DNA of 64,000 bases from Tricharina praecox (taxonomy: Eukaryota), in contig NW_026250412.1 of the NCBI RefSeq assembly GCF_024521635.1, positions 1 to 64,000 of the forward strand. The letters run 5' to 3'. A model generated the notes under the pieces. It saw nothing but the letters and a program-made list of their open reading frames with translations, was not told where the DNA came from and searched no databases. Positions 15,201 through 26,647 of this stretch are shown piece after piece. The position numbers were made by a program, and so were the translations under genes. The stretch's first letter is position 1. Each line of letters starts with the position of its first letter.

Positions 15201-15409
15201 AGCCAGCGGGTGTGGCTGGTGAGAGATAGTAGTTCACGAAGCCGCTCCACTACTAGCTGATTTAGGTTTGGAAAGCGACCTAGACAGACACGGACACATA
15301 AGCCGAATAGATATCCTGGGTGGGAAGGTGAAGGGGTGCTCTCTGTGCTACACTTTGCACATTTACCGTTTTTTTTTTGGCTGGGAGGACGTCAACGAGT
15401 GACAGGCTA

Positions 15410-15780
15410 TATGACTTGGGTAGCCCCATCACTTGCCTATCTGAAGCGTGTCAGCTCGGAAGCCAGGTGGAAGGAAGCCAAGGCATGGGCGGACCGAAAA
15501 GTCATTCACAAGAAGTATCGGTACAGCCGGAAATCTGGCTAGAGACCGCTGACCCAAATCCAGGGATGTCCCCCAAGCACCTTGCCTTGAGATTCTACCA
15601 ACTCAAGACAGGAAACTGCCTCACCGCCAGTATCTCCAATGCACGACGAACCGTCCCAATTCCCGTAGCGGCTAGTGCCAATACAGAACCCAGACCCTGG
15701 AAGAGAGAGCGGAGCTGACGCGACTCGAGGAGGAGGAGGAGGACGGTGCGGAAATTGAGGAGTCAGGCGATGTAGAATAG
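15410..15780 (+). mobile_element. Degenerate 3' fragment of a fungal non-LTR retrotransposon (LINE, Tad-like) ORF2
   Basis: Stitching across frameshifts gives SLAYLKRVSSEARWKEAKAWA...KKYR / KHLALRFYQLKTGNCLT / QYLQCTTNRPNSRSG*CQYRTQTLE. This matches the recalled fungal LINE C-terminal motif (RFYQLKTGHCLTGQYL...CWWCQY..QTREHL) downstream of RNase H. Stops and frameshifts are present. Confidence 0.75.
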
Positions 15781-16135
15781 CTGACTAGAGACGTGCGGCG
15801 GAGGTGGCAAGATTCGAGGGCCCGGAGGGCGCGGGTGCGGGTACGGGGGATGAGTGTACGGGGGGCGCGGGTGCGGGGCGAACGGTGGAGACGGACGTGG
15901 TGAGAGGGAACGATTGTTGCCTGTTCGTAAAGTACCAGGTCAAAAGTTTTTGTACACCTCCTCAACAGCGCCACCACACCACAGACATATGTCTCTCTAA
16001 CACAACAACTACACATTATGAAGTAGTAATAATTGCCATATATCATGAATATATACTAATAAAGCTTCAATGAGACTTCCAGCCCGCTAGGCTGATCATT
16101 GTAAGCGAAGTAGGGTGGCTTGGTGGATTTCCCTT

Positions 16136-17400
16136 TCACGGAGGCAGATCATTGTTCGCCAGATATACAGCAACCATAAGGTAGTATAAAAATATGTGGA
16201 CCACTAGAAGGTCTTCTAAATCAGGTAGAGAACCTCGATTAAAATCGGCACATAATTCTAACTGGTTATGGTTGAGTAATGCCGTATGGGAGAAAAGTTG
16301 GTGGTGAAACTGGTTTTCGCGCAATAATTGTACAAGGGGGCCCCATACAAAATCTGAAATCATTCTCCAACCCGTGCACAACACCAACCCATGCGCCACC
16401 AATCCGAAGCAAAAGCCGTCCGAATTCTTATATGTGATGCATCTTGCGATTCTAAAGCTTCTATGAAAGACTCGATTTTTTTCCGCCACGTGAAGGGTGG
16501 GTTTTGGTTGCTTGAAAATGGGCATTTTTGGTGTAAAACGGCCCCCGTACAAAAACTTTTGACCAAGTACTTTAGCTCTGTCTCTGCTTGGTGAGCTCAA
16601 CTACTTTCGGGAAAGGCCACGGCGGAGGGCAGGGAAAGCCACCTCGGGCCGCTCAGTGGAAGCTGAGTTGGACAGTGGTGTGAAAACGGGGGGGGGGGCT
16701 GAACAGGGTGATATTGCCATAATCTGGATAGGTCGCATGCTATCAATGAATGGACAAAGAACAAAGACGGTGATGCGGACAGTTTATGGGACGGCGATGA
16801 TACTGGCGGTGATGAGTACGGATCGTGGGACGGTGACGGTGACGGCTAGGCTACATATGATGAGTGAAACCGGTGAACGGCTGTCGCATGATAGGCGAGA
16901 GCGGATACGATGGCGTGGCCGGATGGTTGACATCGCGGGTTCCCAGATGGTCCTCGAACAGGCGAAGAGGCAGAGTACATGATCTCCGGTAATTCCGCTG
17001 ATTACCGACGATCTTCAAGCTGCTTGCGCGATGAGGTGATGTCTAGCGTTGAGCGATGTGACTTCACGTGGACACGACTAAACACCGGCTGTCACTCGGC
17101 CTCTACTCCAGCCCTGTTGTCAAGAAAAGTGGTATCGCGACATAGTGTATTAAGTATCAGACACGGCAGAAAGAAAGGTATATATACAGAAAGGCTCGGG
17201 AATGTTTCGGATGGAGGCCCACGCCGCCGCTCGGCACCTCCGTGTAAGAACAGGTAACTGAAGTGTCTCAACATAGCGAGTGATGGTACATGACCTGGTC
17301 CGCGGAAGTGACGCGGTATACAGAAGTTCGTGAGATTATGACACTTCACCCTCTTGCTGTGTTCCATACAATGAAGGGAGATCAGCAGCAAGAAGACAAA
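16136..17400 (-). pseudogene. Possible degraded gene of unknown function
   Basis: The 154-aa ORF 16136..16600 has globular-protein composition. Upstream segments on the same strand are interrupted by stops. No family recognised. Confidence 0.3.
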
Positions 17401-17662
17401 CAAATTAAAAAAAGAAAATATGTGCTTTATCCTCGCTAGCCTCGTTAAAACCTATGCAGTAAACCTTCGTGAGAAAAACCTGCTAGGAAAGAGTACCTGC
17501 TAGCAACATACCACACCCGGCCATCCTGCAGCTCCACTCTCTGTTCCCGCTCCCTTAGCTCCTACTCCAACACCTCACTTGCTGCATCTTCCTGATCAGT
17601 CTCTAGGATCCGTCTGCCCAGTTCGTCTTTTCCACTGCTGTGGAGGAACTCAAAGATGCAGC

Positions 17663-19804
17663 ATGGAGATGAGTAAACGCGGTTCCGACAGCGGAAACAC
17701 CAGCGAGAAATAACCCAAAGCTGCTACGCGATCCCCACTCGCGTCAGTAACTAATAACGTCGTCCTACCGAAGACTAAGCCCGCTGCCATTCCCTTGCCG
17801 AGATATGGTATGGGATCGGGATCGGGATCTGACACCCTTCGGTTGAAGACACGGAGACGCGGCAGCTCCGACGCGAAGAACACTGCTATAGACACACACT
17901 TGAACACACCATCTCCTGAAGGCCCGAGTAGTCGAAGGGTGCGATTGACGAACGATGCCCAAATCACTCCTGCCCAGCCACCGAGATGAATGTTTCGACG
18001 TAGTTGAAGCAGACCAAGGATTCCAAGGAGTGCAATGAACCGAAGGAGACGAAGGACTCCAAGGAGTCAAATGAATCGACCGAGAAGATGGAGACCGAGA
18101 AGAAGGGGTCCAAGGAGACGACGGACTTGAAGGAGCTCAAGGAGAGGATATCACTACTCTCCGAGAAGCTGGATGCACGCGGGCGCAGCCCTAGCACGGG
18201 TGCATTGAAGCAGGGTTTCAACATTCCGATTGAAACACAGAGGCGGCGGTGGTCCGGGGGGATGGTGGGACGCGAAGGGAACCGTGAAATGGACGGCTTT
18301 AAGACGAGGCTCGGTGCCCTCAGGGAGAGGCTCGACATGAGGTTTGACAAGCAGGGGTGGCAGAAATCCGAGAAGGTAAACGATGCCCCACTTGGTCCAT
18401 CCACAGCCACTGATCTGACCATCGCGATACAGTCGAAGGAATCGAACGATTTGCAGGAGACGGAGGAGAAGAGGGAGACGGAGGAGAAGAGCGAGCCGGA
18501 GGAGAAGAGCGAGACAGAGGACGTGAAGCCCGTGAAGCCCATGAGGGAGTCGATCAGACGGCTATCCGAGACGCTCCTGGTACGTGAACGCAACCCTGGC
18601 ACGGATGTATTTCAGCTGACATTCGATAAGAATATTGAAACTCAGAGGCGGTGCCGCTCGGAAGAGCTGGTGGGACGTCTTGCACGCTGGCATAGCTTGG
18701 ATTTGCATAAGACAGGACTCAATGACTTCAGGGCCAGACTCAACGAGAAGGTTGAGAAGCAGAAGAAGCGGTCCGAGAAGATGGTGCGAGCTCAACGCAG
18801 GCGGAGCTTGGATCCGTATAAGACGAGACTCAATGTTTTTCGAGAGAGACTCAACGCGAAGGTTGAGGGTATGATGCGGCAGCGCTTCGAGAGGATGAAG
18901 AATGCTGCAACGAAGAACGTCCAGGAGAAACCTCAAATGGAATAGGTGATAACGAAGGACAAGGAAGGAAGATTGGACATACAGAGGAAGAAGGTGGTGT
19001 CTCCCAGCACGAGACAGAGCTCGAGATCGCATGCCAGATCCGTGGATGCAGCGACCGAAACCATCGATGACCGCAGAAGAGGAAAGAGTGTTACACCTTC
19101 CCCGCCCGCGCTAGCACCCAATGGAGGCGTCGTATTGAGAGCAATGCCCGTTATCCTCCCACCGAGATTGGGCTTGGGGTCCGAGTCCGACTTCAGTCTG
19201 TCGAGGAAACGGGGACGGAGCAGCTCCGACTCCACGAGCTCTCTGGTAGAGCCGGATAATCGACGAGTACGATTTACGTACGATGGCGATTCGAAGTTCC
19301 AGCGAAAGGAGAAGCTGGCGGGACAGCAGGGTGGCCCTGGCATGGATGCCTTCAAGGGGGGGCTGGATGCAACGAGGCGGAGGTCCGAAATTCCGCCGTC
19401 ACCCGCACCCGCACCCGCTCGGCGTCCGAAGCCCACACCCTCTTACACGCGGATGGTGACTTCCCGCACCTACCTCCCGCCGCCAGCGCACGCCCAGCCA
19501 GCGAAAGGTCTTCTCCGGGCCCCGGCAGTCTTCGACTCCTCGCCGGACACCCGTACCTCTCCCAACCGATTCCAGCGGGTGGATCAGGAAGCTGCAGGAG
19601 TTGAAGGCAGAGTTTGACCTGGAGAGGGCCAGAGCCAGGTCGATAGTTCATCAGGCGGATGTGATCATGAAAGATTTCTCCCCGAGATCGAGGGAGGAGA
19701 TTGAGAGCATGGGGGTCGGGCCTGATCCGGCGCAGGGGCTGGGCTTCGACTACAAAGACGACGAGGACTGTGGGGACAATGACGATGACGATGAGGAGTA
19801 TTAA
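17663..19804 (+). pseudogene. Disrupted gene for a charged coiled-coil protein with internal duplications
   Basis: Consecutive ORF pieces 17663-17989, 18004-18945, 18946-19617 and 19601-19804 are separated by an early in-frame TAA, a frameshift plus TAG at 18001, a single in-frame TAG at 18943 and a frameshift near 19600. Repeats such as IETQRR and (Y/F)KTRL...RERL are evident. Confidence 0.65.
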
Positions 19805-20508
19805 TAGCCAGGAAGATGGTAATAATAATGCATAGCTAGTAATTAGGGAGCTTAACTTTTACGGGGATGAGGATGATTCATTGGTTTTTTGGGGGGTCGA
19901 GGTTGATTGATTATTCTTTGGGGGGACGAGGATACATAGCCCACATTAAGCGCAGCAGTGTCAGTAAATAATACAAGAGAGAGAACATCAATTGATTGTC
20001 ATTTGCAGCATTACTAGACCATACAACCTAGGACTCCCCGAAGAGTAACAATGCCTATGAATGCGCCTTTCTGCACGTAGAGGCATAATGGCCTATGCCT
20101 TTGCATGTTGAGCAGCGGAGTGGGGTACGATCATCTGGGATATCTGGTAACCCACCCTCATGCTCCTGCTGGTACTTCCTTCTCATGCAGCGTCCTTCAT
20201 CCTCTCGAAGCGCTGCCTCTCGAATCGCTGCTGCCTCATATCCTCCCTCGTCCAGACAAAAATAAAAAACTGGATCATCCACGTCCCCCAAGAAAAAACT
20301 GGATCAACCTCGTCCAGACAAAAAAAACTGGATCAACCTCGTCCAAACAAAAAAACACTGGGTCAACGTCCCCGTAAAATTTAAGCTCCCAATAATAACT
20401 ATGCATCACCGTCGTCCTCTTCGTCCTCTTCGTCCTCGTCATACTCGTCACTATCCTCACCGTTCTCACTGTCCTCGTCGTCTTCATCGTCGAAGCCCAG
20501 GCCCTGCG
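19731..20508. repeat. Degenerate ~200-bp inverted repeat (19731-19933 vs ~20270-20508), right arm with ~28-bp tandem units
   Basis: GCAGGGGCTGGGCTTCGAC...ATGCATAG...GGGAGCTTAACTTTTACGGGGA matches the reverse complement of the right arm. CTCGTCCAGACAAAAAAAACTGGATCAA-like units repeat at 20245-20375. Confidence 0.85.
20055..20291 (-). pseudogene. CCHC zinc-knuckle-containing fragment (gag- or transposase-like remnant)
   Basis: CSTCKGIGHYASTC is an exact CX2CX4HX4C motif at the end of a short ORF. Confidence 0.55.
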
Positions 20509-21724
20509 TCGTCCTCTTCGTCCTCGTCATACTCTCGACGGAGCCGATCCTCACCGTTGACGCTCAGTCACGATTGATGTCCGATGATGCTGACTTCGCT
20601 GTTCACCACGTGTCAGCCTAATTGGATAGCCATCGCTAAAACTCTGGCTACGATTCCATGCCGCCTCGATCGGCCATAATTGATTTTGCCGATTGGGCTG
20701 GTAGTCTACCAGCGAGGGACCAGGGGGCCGGAGGGGCCCACGGCCGACTTTGGTAAGAGCGGTGGGGTCAAGTTGCGCCGGGAGGGTGGTTGCGACAGGA
20801 GGGTGGTAGCGCCGGGAGGATTGTGCGGCGATGATTGAGCGAGGAGGGTTGCGCGGGGGGTTACGCCGGGAGGGCTAGGCGGAGAGCAATAGAGAACCGT
20901 TATCGAGCTCCCGGCCGTTCAGCGGTCCGGGACAGCCGGGTGGAAAAGGTTATATAATATGCCATGATTAAGGTCGAATGCAATGATGATTGAACAAGAA
21001 AAAAAGCGGTGGGGTCAAGGGTGAGAAAAGAGGTTCACAAGTTGTGACACGGAAGAAGGAATTAGGTGAGAAGGTGAAAGCGAGTCAAGAGACCCAATAT
21101 TAAAAGAGGCACACTCGAAGAAAGCAAAGAGGAGCTAGCCTGAAGAAAGCAAGCAGCAAAGAAATCAAGTGATGAATAGATGATCTGAAGAAAAGTGATG
21201 ATGGATGATGAACGACACATGACACGGCCTATAGAAAAGTGAGGCCCTCCCCCGGATTAAATACAACAGGTCGGCCAACTTTGGCCGCCGCCTCATTGTC
21301 GTACAACCGTCAAGAAGAACACGAGCGATCAAAACAAGACAGAATCGACGAGCAAAACAAAAACAGCCCCCCCCCTGCAGCCTCAGGTACGACGGCCGGT
21401 CCCAACATCTTGGCAACAAATCCTCCCAAGGTCCGCAGCCAAGGGCCGAATAATGGTGCCAAGACGTCAGTTCCAGCTGCGTCCCACACCGGCGACTATA
21501 TTACACGTAGGTCGAGGGAGGGAGCGCGGTATGGTACGTTCAATCTACGATTCTCTGGTCGTGCAAAGTTGGGTCTTCACGGAAATCTGGTTTAACTTCA
21601 CTCGTCTCACATTGTCGGTCGTGCGTCAGTTTTGCCGGCTCCTCGCGTCCCAGCACATTCAGCCCTCGCGTTCTCTGCGGAGGACACCGAATAGTGCCTG
21701 TGAGCCCAAATCTTTGTGTTCCTC

Positions 21725-22060
21725 GCCTTCTTCCCTTCCCTCAATGATGAAGTTCATCGTAGGGATTCTCGCCTCCACAGCCGGCAGCGTAAGATGTGTC
21801 ACGTGATATCACCGAGTGATATCCAAGTACTTACTAGTGTCGCCGTCCCGCCCAAAACAAAAACAAAAACCGTCACCACCCCCGGTGGGTGGCTTGGAAA
21901 CACCAAGAGTTGAATGCAAAGGTCTATTACCTGAGTTGAACACAGAGCTTTCCCTCAACTCCCCTCGTCGATTGCATGGCCTATACCACTAGACCACGCG
22001 CGTGTTTTTTCCGTGCTGAAAACATTAATTCGATGCTTATAGAGTGCTGCGTGCCCCCGC
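21725..22060 (-). repeat. Dispersed repeat copy 1 with a tRNA-like (Pol III A/B box) core
   Basis: The minus strand reads CAGCACGGAAAAAACACGCGCGTGGTCTAGTGGTATAGGC...GTTCAACTC...TTTTTG. It is homologous to 40150-40470. Confidence 0.8.
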
Positions 22061-24451
22061 GACGGACAAGCTCCGCCACAAAGCTGTCTGCATTGAACGA
22101 GCGAGCGAGTGAACGTCATGTCGTGTGTTTTGAATGGATTTGATGCGACGTCTTTCTGCGGTTGAACGAACTAGGTATGAAGACAGCGCGGTAAACACAG
22201 CGGGTCTAGCAGGTCTTTCGCGGCGAGGAGCATTATGGGGACATGGTGTTCGCGGCGAGGCCGGCGCGATAACCACGGCAATGAGAGCGTCGTATCCACA
22301 GCGACGCCTGAGAGCTATCCACAGCGATACCAGCAGGATACAGGCCTGGCAATCGTCCGTCCCGTCCGTCCGAGGCTGTGTCTGGCACGGGACGGAATTT
22401 GTCGGGCCCGGAATATCAAGGACTATAGGGCTCCGGGCAAGCCGGGGGACGACTGGGGCCCCATTCGGGCCCGGATATTTTTGCGCTAGTACTAGCCTTG
22501 GGCTGTGGCGCTGTGGCTTAGCAGGCAGGAAAGACGCTAAGATTTGGCAGCACGGCGAGGAATAGACGGCTAAGGATCTGGCCCCACGGCGAGAATTAAG
22601 CAGTTGGAAATGGGCACTCCCGTGTCTGATCGGATGCAGAATTTTCACTGGCCAAAAATTTCCGGATAGCCGTCACCGTACACGTAGTAGCCAGCCGCTT
22701 CGGCACTAAATATTTCCGGGCCCCGGGCTTTTTGGACCTGGGACGGAGCCCGACTTGTCCGGCCAAATCCTCGCCCCAGACGGGATGGCGCCGCCGGGTC
22801 CCAATAGTCTTCCGTCCTTCCGGACAATTCCCAGGCCTGGCAGGATATCCGTGGAGAAGAGCAGCAGAGGAAGACGCTCTCTGCGGCAGATCCAGCAGGG
22901 TATTCGCTGTGCTGCCAGTGCTGTGTCCGTGGCGGCGAGCAGTTGGAGGGAGAAACTATCCGCGGCAAGTCTACTGGCGAGTTATTCACTACATTTTCTA
23001 TTCGGGAATTGTGGAGACGTCTAGGTCCCTACGGTCTCGGAATCCCGCCGCGGTGCCGCACAGGCAGTGGGCACGGAGTCCATCGGTCGACCTGATGAGA
23101 CTCAAGAGCGCAGAGAATTCCCTAACTGCGGCCGCCTGATTTTCCTCTAACAGCGATTTTGTTTTTGCTGATCATCATAGCATTCGACCTTGTCAGATTA
23201 TGGCTGTACACACGTCCAGTTCCACCCCACTATCTCCGACTGCTGGCCGCGAGCTCGATGTGGGTTCCCTATTGCTCCCCGCCTGGCCCATCCGCACATA
23301 GAAAGAGAGCCAGAAAGAAAGACGAAAAACATGCCCATCAGTCTTTTTCAAAAACTCCCATTATAGCTCCCTTCTCCAATCATTTCCTCCATTCACTCTA
23401 ACGCCTCATCTATTCCCCCGTATACCGGGATCTCCGGCCGTCCAGCCCGCTCTAACAAAGCGAGAAGCAACATTGATCTGGAATCCTCGGAATCGCTCGA
23501 TTTCCGCGTGATTTGTTGTGATGCAGCTGCCCGATCCCATCTTGTTACCTCGAAACGTCGGAATAGCGGGGTTGGCTTGTGTGGGGCGATAGATAAGGGT
23601 GTGTCCAAAGCACTTTACTCTAGAGTCTAGAGCGTTTCGATCGCATCCACCGCAAACGCTCTATTTGACATATATTTCAGCCGCTGCGGGGTCAATACTG
23701 GGTGGCAGAGTAAATTGGCGCCGGTGGAGCTGTGGGGGGCCGCGCGGGGTTATTCCGATACAGCCCCGTATTTCCAGACGAATACAATCATATAAAGAAA
23801 CGCGTGCCCCCCAAGAAAGTTGGCATTTGGACTGCCACTGCCACGGTCATCGCCCCCTCCCCCGAAAAATGAGCCAAATACTCACGATGCGCCCGGCGCA
23901 TACTCACTTGGCCGTTGTGCGCAATCAGTGTGCGTTCGGTCCACGCAGAATACGCGGTAGAAATGGAGCACCTCGCCACCGGATCATGGATCCAGCAGGT
24001 TAAATACCGACCGCCCGTGTCTTTTCTTCCTGCGCATACCCACCTGTTAGCGATATTGGCATTATTGCCCTTCATCGTTCACTCCGGCAAAAGGTCACCT
24101 CCCCCTCCCACGCCGTACAACTGCGCCGTTACACACCGTCTTCGGTAAAATCCCCGCGCGCGTACGAATGCCTCGTCCATGTATGTACTCACTAACGTCC
24201 AGTACCAGTTAACTACCATTGATTATCGTTTACGTCCCTATCGACTTTTCATTCCAATCCAAGGCCCTTTTGAAGTCGTTGTCAGATTTGAAGCGGAGGG
24301 TTTGAGACGAGCACCCTCCCACGGATTCACTCCTCACACATCACCTGCTGAAGCGACGGGATATCAGCCAGCAGCTCTTCACTCGACTCGCCGCACAGAA
24401 ATTGTGCCGACGGAACATTGATGCCTACGGGTCAACGAATCGCTCTCTAGG

Positions 24452-26647
24452 ATGCCCACCGCCGACAACTCATTGACACGAACGGCCCTTGGAATAAGAG
24501 AGTACTCGAAAGCAGGAGCCGCGAAATCGAACACTGATTCATCCGAGAACGCGTACAGAGGTGGGCTCCCTACTCATATCCAAAGCTGGCTCGACACGGG
24601 GTACTATAGGGTAAGCATAATACTTATCGTTTACTACCATTCATCACCATGATTCGTGCCGGCCGGACAGCCCCCGGGGAAGGAAGAATTCGGCTAATGC
24701 ATGTTTGAGTTGGCAGAGATCACCGCCACCACCGCCGCCGCCACATAACGACGAGAGCGCCTGGGTGCTCGCGCGAAACGGATTCAACGGCTACACCCAG
24801 AACCGCAGACAGATCATCCGACAAATCATAGATGAAGTCGACGCGGTATTTGCAAAGTGAGCGTGAAGCAAGGTCCAGCAGTGGCCGTGTCGTCGGTAGT
24901 GCTCAGAGAGACAACAATCGCAAACGACAATCGAAAGAGCCTGCCATCCCCTCCGATTTCACGGTGGGAAGGAAGAAGGCATGTCCGGGAAGTGGGCAAC
25001 ACGATACCAGGCAAAACGAGGAGGAAGAAGGCGAATATGAAGAGAGACAATCATCAAGACAAGGCGCGGATGGTGGCCGATCACGCAAAGGGCCCCCCTA
25101 TCACTGCATGACGCCGGAGGACGGCTGTGAGGACCTACTGTTTCAGACCGTAGAGGAGCTCTGGTGAGTACCACCAATTCCATGGCGACACTCGGATCCG
25201 ACCACAGTGCCCGAGTCTTACCTCTGGCCAATGTTTAGGGATCACATGATGTGCCAACACAAAAAGAACAATTGCTGTCTACTTTGCGAGGAGAAGTTCG
25301 TTTTGATCAACAATCGATGGCACTTTCGGCCGCGGAATTACAAGATTCCGAACCTACCCACGCATGCTCAGATGAAGAACCTCTTTTTCCGTCATCCCGC
25401 GGCTATGAAGTATGGCATAACCCCCGTGCTACCTATTCCGGTCATCTGTTGATATCTTTCTAGGTGGCATATACTACGGATCCACATCCGGTCCTATCAA
25501 TGCATGTTGTGCGTGGGCCCGCCGGACAGGCGTCCGCGATTCGAGAAAAGGGCCTACGCAAAGCATCTCAAAGAAAAGCATCGCATACAGGACAAGACCA
25601 ATATCCCCAAGCACTCCAACATGGAGTATCCCGCGCTCAAGGAGCTAGCCAAAATGTTCGAAGGAGCATGCACCAAGGCCACGATGCAAGGATTTCTGTA
25701 TAAGAACGGCGTGAAAATCTACGATTACGAGGACGGCACGGACAGTGAGCAGCTCTCCCCTGGATTTTCTCGGTGATGTCCGCTTGACCCAGACCTTCTG
25801 ACTTTGGATGCGTGCTGCAGGACTCCTGAATCCTCCGCGACCACAGGAGATTGCCGAGGAATCGGAGAGCCAGCCAAGAGGACATTTTCACGAGGGCTCA
25901 CAGGCAGCCCAGACACCCGAGGCCGCTTCTCAGCAGGGCTCTTGGCTCCGAGATCGCTCCCGTGGTCTATCTCCTGCTTATCCAGGATCACCGGCAAGAT
26001 TCACCACCGTGCCTCTTCCCTCCGGCCACCACCAACACGAAGCTGCCAATGTCCACCCCCTTCTCGACCCCGGACTGCTCCCGGAGCCGAGCCGCGCACA
26101 TCAACCGTCCGGCGCCTCCTATCAGCCCCGCTCAATCGCGCCTAGCTGGAAGCCCCCCGCTCACGAAGTGCGCGCCTACCACCCGCGGCACTCCAGCGCG
26201 GCGGTAAACCCCGCCATCGGCCCCGCGATGGAAGACTACCGAAGGACATACAACCTCACCGACAGCGAGTGCGCGGTGATCGGGTCGCTGCCGTGGCAGC
26301 AGCGGTCCGATCTCGCCAACCTGCTCAAGAACTTCGAGCGAGTGTCGTCGTACTGCGGTCCGCACACCGATGGCGGCGACGAGGCCGCGCGAGTCATCGC
26401 CAAGATGCTAAACTCCGAGCCCTCGCAAGCGCTCAGTAAGACCATCGAGAAGTTCCAAGCAGACCTCGATTTCCCCCGCGTTTGGAACGATATGTTCCAT
26501 GGACGGCCTCCGACGCCGTTCAAGCTGTCAAATCGTGAGCCCGCTGTGCTATATTACATGTATCACACTAAGCCTACCTGCTGATTTTCTTGCACAGCCC
26601 TCATTCCTGCTCCCGACAGCGGACACGAAACCTTCCTCACCCAGTGA
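24452..26647 (+). CDS. Triple C2H2 zinc-finger protein A, possibly frameshifted; approx join(24452..24610,24717..25163 [frameshift or 43-nt intron 24857..24899],25239..25409,25464..25744,25821..26534,26598..26647)
   Basis: Spliced fingers are CMTPEDGC...ELWDHMMCQH, CLLC...MKWHILRIH and CMLC...YAKHLKEKH. GT-AG introns restore the frame, and the model is collinear with the gene at 27979-31077. Start and last exon are uncertain. Confidence 0.75.

Noticed and set aside
19748-19771. DYKDDEDC, resembling a FLAG tag
   Set aside because: Not the exact DYKDDDDK. It lies in a natural acidic tail whose diverged inverted copy is at ~20470-20495, with no vector context.
20245-20375. CRISPR-like array (also 12211-12291 and 60801-60914)
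   Set aside because: The units are adjacent without unique spacers, the context is eukaryotic and there are no cas genes.
21900-22005. Functional tRNA gene
   Set aside because: The D-arm and boxes are present, but no acceptor stem or proper anticodon and T stems can be formed. Kept only as tRNA-like.
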